Shown here: piece after piece, positions 1 to 10,692 of the stretch
How the letters are laid out: each line of letters opens with the position of its first letter
How positions within the stretch are numbered: position 1 is the stretch's first letter
Origin: Balanoglossus misakiensis
Lineage: Eukaryota; Animalia; Hemichordata
Assembly: GCA_040954595.2 (NCBI GenBank)
Contig: CM082591.2
Location: forward strand, 5,797,009 to 5,861,008
Direction: 5' to 3'
DNA length: 64,000 bases
The notes under the pieces: model-generated
Database searches by the model: none
What the model was told of the DNA's origin: nothing
The model's input: the letters and a program-made list of their open reading frames with translations, nothing else
Translations under genes and position numbers: made by a program

Positions 1-462
1 TTCTTCAGTTGAATGTATGCCTTTTGTTTCCACGACATAAAGAAACGATTCGTTTGGCCCAGTGACGTTGGCGATGTAGGCCTCTGTGCTAAAAGAAGGA
101 AAAAGCAATGATCATTACAGAGGGCGCACGCATTGTTTACCGGAAGTTGAAAATATGAAAGCGAGGCAGCATTTGTCGATGCTCTGCAAGAAGCGTGTGT
201 TAGTGTGGTAACAGCTCAGAAATTCCATCCCATTTCGCGGAAGTGTGGACGGGTTTTGTGTATTAGAGTCCCATTCTGTATCATTTCCATAAAGGTAGGT
301 CACCGTCGGATCGGTTTTACTGTCGTCGTTTCGCTAGAATGAGTCAGAATGCCTGCTTTTCGCCGGCTCGAAAATTATGCTATTTGCATTTTGAACAAAG
401 TGTACACTAGCATGGGGGGGCCAAATAATTCTAAGCGTCGGTTGTTTTACTTCCAGGTCAAA

Positions 463-3082
463 ATGCCTCGCAAAAGGCAGTCTAGTAGTACACCGACTGG
501 CGAGCGGCGACGAAGCGCCAGGATCGCGGCCAGCCCGCAGCAGGAACCCGCCGCCCCTGCCGCCGAATCGCCGTCTCGTTTGACGCGAGGGAAACTTCCT
601 ACCGCACAAGCAGCAACTCCCGAAAAGCGGGGCCGTGGGAGACCTTCGGCTAGCCCGCCGTCGAAAGCGTCGCCAAGTCCAAGAGGTAGGGGGAGGGGCA
701 GAGGTCGCGGGCGTGCAGCAAAGACAAAGGAGGTCACTCCGAGCCCGACACACTCAGACGAAGACAGCGAAACACAAGCAACTCCAGAAGCAGAGAGTAG
801 CTCACCTCAGAAATCAGAAGACAGTCCGGGTAAGAGGAAGTCTCTGAAACGAAAGTCGGGCGAGGAGGTGTCCAGTGAAGAGCCCCCGACTAAGAAAGCC
901 CCAAGCTCAGCCAAGAAAGCCAAGAGTGAAGACGTTGAAATGAAAGATGCTGCAACAGAAGAAAAAGAACCTTCAGGAACAACTCAGAAAGAACCCGTCG
1001 ACGAGGAAATGAAAGAGGAACAGAAGGCGACGGAGACCAAAGACGCAGAACCAGAAGACTTATCAGCTGAAACAACCGGGAAAAAGAAACAAAGTACTGA
1101 AGAAGAAGAGCCTGCTGAACCGGCGGCGGAACCTGTCGAAGCCAAGACGGCCACCAAGACTCCATCGAAGCCTGCTGTAGTGCCGGACACCGACAAGAGC
1201 CCGACGAAACCGGTCGTTGCACAAGAGGCTGCCAAAGAACCCTCAGACATCCCACCGACAGACAAACCAGCAGCTGAGACTACAGATCGTGCGCCGACAG
1301 AGGAGCCGACCGCTGCTGCGACAAACGCCAAAGCTGAAGACAAAAGTGCTGCAGCCAAGAATGATAGCGAGACACCGAAGGTAAGGAATACGGTGACAGG
1401 TTTATGGCAAGTGCCTCACAGTGGAATAAACTCAGACCCGGTTTTTCCATTGTCTGAGCACGACATAAATTTGTAAAATGTGATATTGACTTTGCTGTCA
1501 CATCTAATCAGTGTTTCATCCTGGATGGCATCAACAGGGGGAATATGTCCCCCTTTGCCAGAATATTTGGGGGGATTCCACTCTGGCAAGGGGGAATGTA
1601 CATCTTATATCTCCAACATGTGAATGACATCATTTTTAAGGGCCACTGGTCCCCCTTAACAAATTACTAAGGGGTGCCAATATGTCAACAGGGGGTGAAT
1701 CCCCCATCCCCCTGTCTAGATGAAACACTGTAATGATGGTCAAGTTTCCATTACTAATTCTGTGTACTGTAGGCAAGTTTTTGTGACAGAGAACAAAGTA
1801 TACATGTACAGGGGTGTGTACTACAAATAAAAAAAACAACAACATGATTGATATTTCCATGCCCTGACTGATGTGAATGGACTATGGGTATCAACAGTGT
1901 GTAGGGTTGCAGGCCACCTGGATTTCTGACCTCACCTGACCCCACACCCTGGTCAACTCAACCATTGATGTAAAAGAATATTTTCATTCAAAGCCATCAT
2001 GAAAGGTGGAAAGTTTGTCAGTACTTCCTTGAGCCTGGAACATGCTTGTCATGTACATGAAAACTTCATTGTTTTCATGGATACATACATATACATTATT
2101 ATACATAATTAACAGTGGAACCTGTCCATTAAGAACACCTGTGGGACCAGAAAAAATCTGTCTCTAATAGAGAGGTGTCTGTAATAACAGGTTTCACTGT
2201 ACTCTTTTGTCTTGGAAAATCTGTCCTTTCTCACTGCCCCTTTGTTTGATACAAGACACTGTTTATTTTATTCTACATGTGGATATTTAGTGAATCAACA
2301 TTCGACCACACACAACTTCCATCCCACTTGTACACACAAGAGTGAAAATCTCGCCAAATGAATAATCAGTCTCTGCCATTTATTCATTTTGGCGATTATT
2401 TTACTCTCATATCCTACAGATGGGATGGAGGTTGTGTGTGGTGGAACGTTGGTTCGCTATATATTCTCATGTAGATTAAAAAATAATATAATCAGTAGTC
2501 AATTTGAGTGTTTTATGATAGACCCTATATGGTCTATTCATGGTGTTATGAGTGAACTGTTCTCTGCTTTGGACATCACACAGATTGCACATTGAGAAAT
2601 AAAAAAAATCCCTACCTACCTACACCCAGTTTTTGAAAACCATGTAATCGGAACAACACATATTATTTTTGGGGCCTAATGAAGCCTTGTTGTACATGTG
2701 TGGCATCACATGGGGCCAATTTCCATAGCTGCAGAAGGGATGCTTGACCCAACACCCTCTAATATTCCCTGGTATTTTTTTCTTCTCCTTTATTCAGCCG
2801 GAGCCAGAAACCACAGTTGACAGCAGTACTTCAAACGGCAAAGTGGAGCCCCCGGCGGGAAAATCAACTCAGTCAGCGGCGAACGATGTCACCGCCAAGC
2901 CTGACCAATCGAAGAACAGCAACGGTGCAGCTGACCAATCACAGTGTGCCACAGCAGGCGAATCCACCCAATCACAGCCCACAACTCAGAAGGCGGATGG
3001 GGCTGCCGAGATCAAACCTGTCAGTGTAAATGATGTAGAAAAGAAAGGGGAGGGAGATGCAGCTGTTGATGGAACAGCCTAA
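463..3082 (+). CDS. Disordered, AT-hook-containing chromatin-protein-like gene (HMGN/HMGA-like motifs), ~400 aa, 2 coding exons
   Basis: Acceptor ttccag at 456 and ATG at 463. Coding exons are 463-1380 (donor AAG|gtaagg) and 2798-3082 (acceptor tattcag, stop TAA), joined in phase 0. A probable non-coding exon ends at 294 (aag|gtaggt). The protein begins MPRKR...RRRSARIAA and has KRGRGRP (AT-hook core, nt 625-645), an RG repeat, many S/T-P sites, an NLS-like KRKSLKRK/PPTKK and a long E/K/A/P/T-rich tail. Confidence 0.8.
1509..1730. mobile_element. MITE with CAGTGTTTCATC terminal inverted repeats (hAT-like termini), copy 1
   Basis: Starts cagtgtttcatc and ends gatgaaacactg. A diverged inverted copy lies at 47251-47473. 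No clean 8-bp TSD is visible. Confidence 0.65.
2113..2199. mobile_element. Short Tc1/pogo-type MITE
   Basis: Imperfect TIRs cagtggaacctgt ... acaggtttcactg, followed by TA. Confidence 0.55.
2222..2490. mobile_element. Truncated palindromic MITE, same family as 50096-50417
   Basis: Shares tgtttgatacaagacac...gtggatatttagtgaatcaacattcgaccaca...acaacttccatcc with 50138-50220 and has internal inverted symmetry. Confidence 0.65.
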
Positions 3083-4280
3083 AGAACTGTCCCATCCCCC
3101 ACTATTTTTCACTCAGATGTTGTATGTAGAAATACTAGAAAAAAAAACTTTTTAATTTTCTGAAAAAGAAAATGGAATATATTGACAAGTTTTATTCCCA
3201 TTTTTCCTAGATTGTATCTTGGTGTGTTTTTTTCAGAAATCTAGAGAATTCTCATTCCATTTGTAAGTTTGTCAATACAGGTACCCATACTGACTTTTGG
3301 AGAAAAAAAAAACTGTTTAATTGTTCTATTGTTGTTTGACATGCTTTTTAGATGCATCGTTGCTGTTCTAGTCAGCGTGTAGCTCCCCTAAACTCATTTC
3401 TGCATGCCTTAGTGACACCTCACATAATAATTCTCTAGCTCAACTGAAAATGAAAAAGTACAACTCTTGCTTCAAGCATAACTCATATTTCTGGTCCACG
3501 AAAACCTTCACTTGAAGAAACTCGGTGAACTCTGATGACATGAAAATAACACTCTCCCAATGCTGCTACAGAAAGTTCAGTTGAGTCCTGCCCATCCCCA
3601 TTTGCCTAATGGTATGGCCCGACTTCACAGTAGACACTTACGGGAACTTTGTATACTACCCAGATTTTTAAGGGGTGCCGTGATGGGGTTCATTCACACA
3701 CTGAGGTGTGATTTTAAAGTGTGCATAAATGGGACTTAGGGTGGTTTGTATTTTGTATGACTTTAAAAAATGACTCTTTTTTCACAGACTGAAAGATTTG
3801 TCTGCTTCTAGGGCACAATCCACGATTGCCCCCCCCCCCTCCCAATCAGGTGGCAAATTCTTATCTCTCTACTCTTCTCTGTATCCAGAGAATGTGAACT
3901 AGACACACAGTACTTTTCGTAGACTAGTACACATGTCTAGCCTTTGGCTATAAATCTTCATTGTGTTTTACATGTACAAAATTCATAGTAATTTGAACCC
4001 TTGAAAATACAATACCTTGTATCTATCTGTTTTACCTTCTTTTTAGTATATAGAAACATTGCTCTGTTTTTTACCGAAGAAAGTTATGAAAATTACCAGG
4101 TTATTTTGAACAGTCTGCTTTTTTGCTTTGAGTTCATAGCTACTTCAAAAGTTAGCACTCTTTAAGGAACAATGTCAGTGCAAAGTTATTTAGGTGCATG
4201 ATTTTCGTTGCTCTTTGCCGGGGACATTTCATATTCGTTTTTGGGTTTGTGTGATTGTAGAGAGAACAGTTCTGAAGATA

Positions 4281-4656
4281 CTGTAAAACGCGTTATTTTT
4301 GCGACAGGAAATTTTTTTGCGTTATCATAAGAGACAACTGTTATGCGAGGATTAATTTTCACATTCTCGTATTTCACTAACTACAGTCAAACCTGTGTTA
4401 GTGACCACCTCTGTGTAGTGGCCACTTAGTTACAGTCCCTGTGCAATGTACATGTACATTAATTGACCTGTCTGTGTAGGCCACCTGTCTATAAAGGCCA
4501 GTTTAGGAAAGTCCCTTGACTGGCTGCTATAGACAGGTTTGACTGTACATCGATATCTCCGAAAAAACATTTTACGCATCTTTTTATTTTAACAGTTTTT
4601 TGGCTCTCGTGTATTTCATGAGAATTTATTGCTCGCGAAAATAACCTGTTTTACAG
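4281..4656. mobile_element. TA-flanked MITE (TIR ctgtaaaac...gttatttt) interrupted by a second MITE
   Basis: ta|ctgtaaaacgcgttatttt ... aaaataacctgttttacag|ta. Confidence 0.65.
4384..4545. mobile_element. Tc1/pogo-type MITE nested inside the previous element
   Basis: ta|cagtcaaacctgt ... acaggtttgactg|ta, with 13-bp TIRs and a TA TSD. A second copy lies at 52197-52350. Confidence 0.8.
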
Positions 4657-5883
4657 TAGTATGCGTAGACCCGACTATTTGACCTGTAAAACCTGAGAAT
4701 CCTGGAAGAACGACTCGCCTGGCAACAACAAAAAACTTGTCTATTGTACTTTGCACTCCAGTTTCTTCTGAATATTCTAAATATATTTCTAGCTTTCCTG
4801 ATGTTTGTTTTGTTTACATAAACAATGAAAAGTTCATGAAGATGATGTTGAGTAAAATGTCTGGATGATTGAGACTGTTTTAAAATTTTTAATCCTGTTT
4901 CTCTGAAGTTGTTTAAAAAAGAATGTGTTGATTTTTAATTCTGAGAGCATTGCGTTATTTTAGTAACGTTATTGTATTTTTAAGTGCTAGACTTTCAAAA
5001 ACCTAACAACTTCAAATACTGGTACTGTGTTCACCAGGTAGTGAGTTAGGGGGTTTCATCTTAGGCGCAATCTGATTGGTTCAGCTGTGTGATGTTAGCA
5101 TAATAAACCACCTAGGATGACAGGAATTCCCAGCCTGCGAGTTCTAGCTGCTTTGATAGTTTCTAAAGTTGCCACACAATTTCTCTGTACTGCCTATTGT
5201 TGCTTCGATGTACAAGAATAATGTTTGTTTCTAAAATTAAAGTTCATATGCTATTAAAACTCTGTAGAGAGCTGTGGTCTTTAAAAGCCAGGTTTTCAAC
5301 CCCCAGGACACTTAATCCAATAATTAGATTGCCCTAGACAATTGACAGCTAAATGTACAGTTTGAAGAATTGTGTTTGAAAGCTGTGGCCCAAATTTTTT
5401 CACAAATCTTCATGCCGTAGATGGCTTGTTTGTTTGTAGTTCTGAGTGAGCAGCAGCAGAGGAGTCTGGGTAACCGAGACTATATCTCTGCATGCTGTAC
5501 AGGAGTCCCAGAAGCCCATAAGCCGATATAGGAAGTTGTCAATATAGGTCTTCAAAGGACTAAGACTTCAGAGACGTGCACGTGACCTAGTTTCATTGCT
5601 TTGTGAAGAGCGCCACCATCGTCAATAGTGTCGTAATCTTTTTTCTTTAAAGTTTCTCTGCATGCTGTCCCAGTATGTGCCAAAAGCCAATATTGGAAGT
5701 TGTCAGTGTCGGTGTTCAAAGAACTCATAGGCGTGACCTTTGCCCTTATACGGGATTTGCGGACTGGGGTTGTATGGCGGACGCGTAAAACCGAGGTACC
5801 AGTATTTAGAGATCTCGCGCTAATGTGTTTACGAATAGAATGGTCGTGGATATAAACGCATGTAGCAACGAGAATGAAAATAG

Positions 5884-6219
5884 TTCAGAAATGCGTGACG
5901 GAGATCTTATTTGAGCCGGGGCATACGTAAAAAAAACTAAATTAAGCTTGTATGCAGTAATATGTACTACGTGCCAAATTAGGCTTTATTCATCTTAGTG
6001 ACAGCAAAGCAAAAATGTTATAACAAGCAGAGGCGGCCATTCTGATGACGTATTTATGATTTTGCAGGATAGCCTGTCAATCCGTCAAGCATCATCGTCA
6101 CCTAAAGAACACAGAAGAGAACAGACGATGAATGTGTATATCAACACAGCAACATAAAATAAAAACCTTCATACAAGCAGCCACACTTCGAGAACATATA
6201 AAAATACGCCTTACATTCC
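5884..6219. repeat. Diverged direct repeat, copy 1 (copy 2 at 9785-10107)
   Basis: Collinear shared blocks such as ttcagaaatgcg, agccggggcat, atgacgtatttatgattttgcaggatag, aacagacgatgaatgtg and aaatacgccttacattcc. Confidence 0.8.
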
Positions 6220-6375
6220 TACTCTAAGTTGGAAGAACTTTCTGAAAACAGAACAGGATTATCTAGCAATTGCATGGTTGATCTTAAGTTAAATTTCCCG
6301 CCTGACACAGTTGCAGTTTGCAAACAACTAACAATGGCATGTTCACAAAAAGTATAAAACACGTTCTAAAGACAA

Positions 6376-6378
<3 letters not shown>

Positions 6379-6408
<30 letters not shown>

Positions 6409-6554
6409 CATACATACATACATACATACATACATACATACATACATACATACATACATACATACATACATACATACATACATACATACATACATACATA
6501 CATACATACATGCATACATGCATACATACATACATACATACATACATACATACA

Positions 6555-6585
<31 letters not shown>
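6379..6585. repeat. (TACA)n microsatellite
   Basis: Direct reading. Confidence 0.98.
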
Positions 6586-6586
<1 letters not shown>

Positions 6587-6730
6587 CCTACATAAACCAG
6601 TGTCACGGAGCATCACGTAAAGAGTATAGTAGGGATTACAATTCATATCCTTGTAGCACATCATTTCCTCCTAAGGAACAAAAGATAACAAGTGCGATAA
6701 TGAACAAAATGATCATACGATAAAAGTGCG

Positions 6731-6840
6731 ATAAACTGTACTTCCTCATGTAAACATGTAACTCAATTATTCTGCGCAACCTTTCATAAACTGTACTTCC
6801 TCATGTAAACATGTAACTCAATTATTCTGCGCAACCTTTC
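6731..6840. repeat. Exact 55-bp tandem duplication
   Basis: ataaactgtacttcctcatgtaaacatgtaactcaattattctgcgcaacctttc x2 (6731-6785 and 6786-6840). Confidence 0.95.
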
Positions 6841-7055
6841 ATCATTTTTATTATTTTTTTATACACAGAGGATGGTGGCCTATATTGTATCTGAATAAAC
6901 TATTAATATGTTAATTTTTTCATATTACAGGGTTGGGTTCTACTTTGTGTTCATTGATGCAGTTGGGCGCATTTTCATATCATAGACGCACACTGAAATA
7001 AATGCATACTATTGCGCAATTTTTGTGCCTATCAGGATAAGCAAACTATACTCAC

Positions 7056-7346
7056 GCACATATCGTCAACATTAGTAAGGCAACTCTGAACACTGTTTTC
7101 TTCTGCCTGTGTACACTGAGGAATAAAAAAGGCGAACAAAAAATAAGCTAACAAGTTGATGTGAAACTCAGCGAGCAATTTAAGCTGTCCATGACCATTA
7201 TCTGCAATAGGATCCAATCGATAAAGTTTACTCACCAATATAACATACATACATATTTGTAATCTAGATAAAACACTCACCTCACGTACACCAAGAACGC
7301 TTGTTATGGACATGCAAACCAATAACAATACAATTATAATCTTCAT
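7056..7346 (-). CDS. Small secreted cysteine-containing peptide gene (first two exons; 3' end uncertain)
   Basis: ATG at 7346. Exon 7346-7281 encodes MKIIIVLLLVCMSITSVLGVRE (signal-peptide-like, donor GAG|gtgagt). Exon 7115-7056 encodes CTQAEENSVQSCLTNVDDMC (acceptor ttttattcctcag, donor TGC|gtgagt). Both are phase 0. The next plausible acceptor (exon start 6992) gives CASMI-stop. Confidence 0.5.
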
Positions 7347-7486
7347 AGCCTGTTGAACATAATAAAAAAGTAATCTTAACGATAAACAAACACCCAAATT
7401 CAAAGCCAACTTCAATATTCTACTTATAACGTAATTTGGTCTATTTGCTTAACAACCCTTTCTAACCATTATGAGATCAATATGAC

Positions 7487-7643
7487 ATTCATTCATTCAT
7501 TCATTCATTCATTCATTCATTCATTCATTCATTCATTCATTCATTCATTCATTCATTCATTCATTCATTCATTCATTCATTCATTCATTCTTTCGTTCGT
7601 TCGTTCGTTCGTTCGTTCATTCATTCATTCATTCATTCATTCA
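7487..7643. repeat. (TTCA)n/(TTCG)n microsatellite
   Basis: Direct reading. Confidence 0.97.
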
Positions 7644-9003
7644 AAAATGAGTCGGCAAAATGTCACTACGCAACAGCACGCTGGCGTCACGTGCCTGTCT
7701 TCTGTGCTTAGCCATTACCACCCACCCCCACCCCACCCCGCGCTGACTGTCAGTGTTGTTAGATGATCAGCGCTAGCTAGCGTCTGAAGTTGAAATAACC
7801 TCGCCCTTCAACGTAGGGGATGAAAGTGTCCAATCAGTTTCAACGTGTGTCATTCGGTTTGTAAAGTAAATATTAATGAAATGGAAAACATATGTTAACT
7901 TAAAAACCGAATAACATATATCTTTTTTTTAATCCAACAGGAAATCTTAAATTTTGACCGGCATAACTTCCTCATGGTATTCAATTCTACCGGTTTGGAT
8001 TGTAGCGATTTTGTCCCCAATCTCCGAATATACTGAATGCCTGCGCTTGGCTGTTTGATAACAGTCCAGTGTCAGGACGAACTGGCGACGGTTTGAAAAG
8101 TAATTATAAAAGATATGATGAATTCTCAAGGTTGCTTATTCAGACAGTGAGTGTGTGAAAGAGTAAGAACAATTCAGGTAAACTTACTGGTGTTCGAGAG
8201 TGTTAGCCCAGTCGCACAATTCCACCAATCTTCAAAACCTACAGCTGGTACTGGAACTAGAAAACATTATTCTGCTTTATATAAAATACATATCGCCTAT
8301 TTCAAGCAATGTAAGGTATACCTAGTCGATGATTGGCGTACTTTAGACATAAAGTATATTTTATTGCTGCGCAAGTAGAGTAGATATTCAGAAGAGTAGG
8401 TGGCCCATTTTGGCCATAAAAATATGGCCAAAATGTTTATGAGTAGATTGTTAAAGCCCAAACCGGCAAACAGGTGACGTAGAACGGGCGTTGTTGGTAA
8501 CGTCGTGCTCTTTTCAAATCCCCGTTAAATAATAGTAGGCCTAATGCATGATTAATTCAAAAGTCATTAGATGTTAAAGATAAATACAATTAAATATTTG
8601 GAGGAAGGCCATGGTTCCTCTAGCCGAACAGAAACAAGCTTGTATTAAATTGACCAACTACAAACGAAGGGAAACTTTGTATGTAATCACCCGCCTGTAG
8701 AATTGCATTTGAGTAAGGTATGGTGTGTTAACCCTATTGAGAAATAATCTCCCAGTAATATTTCAAGAAGTGATAAACACGATGCAGGTTTCAATTTCAA
8801 ACGTCGTCATACATGTGTGTGTCAAATAATTTATAATGTTAAACGGTCTGTCGCAATTTGTAGTTTTTGCCCGCATGCTGCCATAAAATGTTTTCATCAC
8901 ATCCAGGCGGATGTTCCAAAGGGAACACGATTTTTAGTTAGTGTGAAATGAAAAGAAATGAAAAAAAAGAGAACTGTTGAAGATGTGTGCTCTTGTAGGA
9001 TAC

Positions 9004-9165
9004 TAGACTCTCTCACAGCCCACGGTTCGCTACAAGGCTCTTCGCTGACGCGCCCTCAACTGTTTAGCAAAGGTGAGCCTTCATTTGTTGTTGTGTAGCG
9101 CCGGGCACACATGCAATCAGACCATAAGCCTGCATGGACGACGAGAGTGGGTGTGAAACAGTCTA
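9004..9165. mobile_element. Short inverted-repeat element (termini tagactctctcaca...), copy 1
   Basis: The inverted copy at 43445-43542 shares cacagcccacggttcgctacaa and ggctcttc.ctgacgcg.cctcaa. Copy 1 carries an extra ~65-bp internal segment. Confidence 0.6.
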
Positions 9166-9784
9166 GTATGATATATGTGTGCGCATGTGTTCTTTCGGAA
9201 TAGATTGTTTTTACTGGCCATCAGAGTAAATTTATTGCATAAGTGGTTTTCTATTGATATTTAATTTGCAAATAAAATATCTAAGGGACCCAATTGTCTT
9301 TGTCGGTATCCAGAGTATTTAGGAAGATTTACTGTCTGAAGCTCTCTTTTTGGCAATTGGTGAAAACAGCCTTTGTTTGAAAGTATTTTCGGCAGTTGTG
9401 TTGAGAACCATTAACTGTTTTATGGCCTGGGTGTGGGGATGGGGTGGAGGTAGTTGTAATATGCAATGGAGAGGGTCTTGCTTTTTTTCAAACAGAAAAA
9501 AGGTGGGGGGGGGGGGTCAATATATTTCCAGCAGTGTCCCCTCAGTGACGACGACACGTGTAACCACACCTCAGTCATAGCATGTCATTTGCATCAATAA
9601 AAAAATATGCTAATTTCGGACCCATGTTTCAGAGTGCTGGCCATGGGATTCTGACACTTTTGTCGATGGCGGCGCTCTTCACGAACAGACAATGGATGAT
9701 GAATGAAACATGGTCACACCTCTGAGGTCTTTGAACACCTTACATTGACAATTATGGATATCAACACATGCAGCATGAAAATAC

Positions 9785-10107
9785 TTCAGAAATGCGCGTC
9801 GGTGACCCTAATTTAGCCGGGGCATGATACGTAAAAAAAACACTTAATTATATGCAGTAATATCCACCATGTGCCCCAAATAAGGCTTTATTCGTCAATA
9901 GTGACAATAAAGCAAAATGTCATAACAATCAGAAAAAAGAATGACGTATTTATGATTTTGCAGGATAGTCCGTTCAGCCCTCACACATCAACGTTACCTA
10001 AAGAAGAAAACAGACGATGAATGTGAATATAAACACAGCAACATAAATAAAAACCTCCATATAAGCAGCCACACTTCAAGACCTTATCCAAATACGCCTT
10101 ACATTCC
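9785..10107. repeat. Diverged direct repeat, copy 2 (of 5884-6219)
   Basis: See copy 1. Confidence 0.8.
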
Positions 10108-10199
10108 AAGCAGTCACTAATTTAAACTAAATAAAACGTACAGGGTATGTTTTGCAGAAATTATTGATAACACATACCCAGAGTTTGGATGAAAGTCTT

Positions 10200-10511
10200 A
10201 TACATACATACATACATACATACATACATACATACATACATACATACATACATACATACATACATACATACATACATACATACATACATACATACATACA
10301 TACATACATACATACATACATACATACATACATACATACATACATACATACATACATACATACATACATACATACATACATACATACATACATACATACA
10401 TACATACATACATACATACATACATACATACATACATACATACATACATACATACATACATACATACATACATACATACATACATACATACATACATACA
10501 TACATACATAC

Positions 10512-10580
<69 letters not shown>

Positions 10581-10692
10581 TACATACATACATACATACA
10601 TACATACATACATACATACATACATACATACATACATACATACATACATACATACATACATACATACATACATACATACATACATACATACA
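10200..10692. repeat. (TACA)n-(CA)n-(TACA)n compound microsatellite
   Basis: Direct reading. Confidence 0.98.

Noticed and set aside
349-462. N-terminal extension of ORF 349-1476
   Set aside because: It lies in a probable intron (295-456) ending in ttccag. The tail 1381-1476 is likewise intron read-through past a strong donor.
334-1501. Overlapping antisense and alternate-frame ORFs
   Set aside because: These are shadows of the GC-rich, low-complexity coding exon.
6900-6992. Possible selenocysteine read-through (VRL-TGA-YENAPNC...) in the peptide gene
   Set aside because: It needs a weaker alternative donor to fit the frame, and no SECIS element could be identified.
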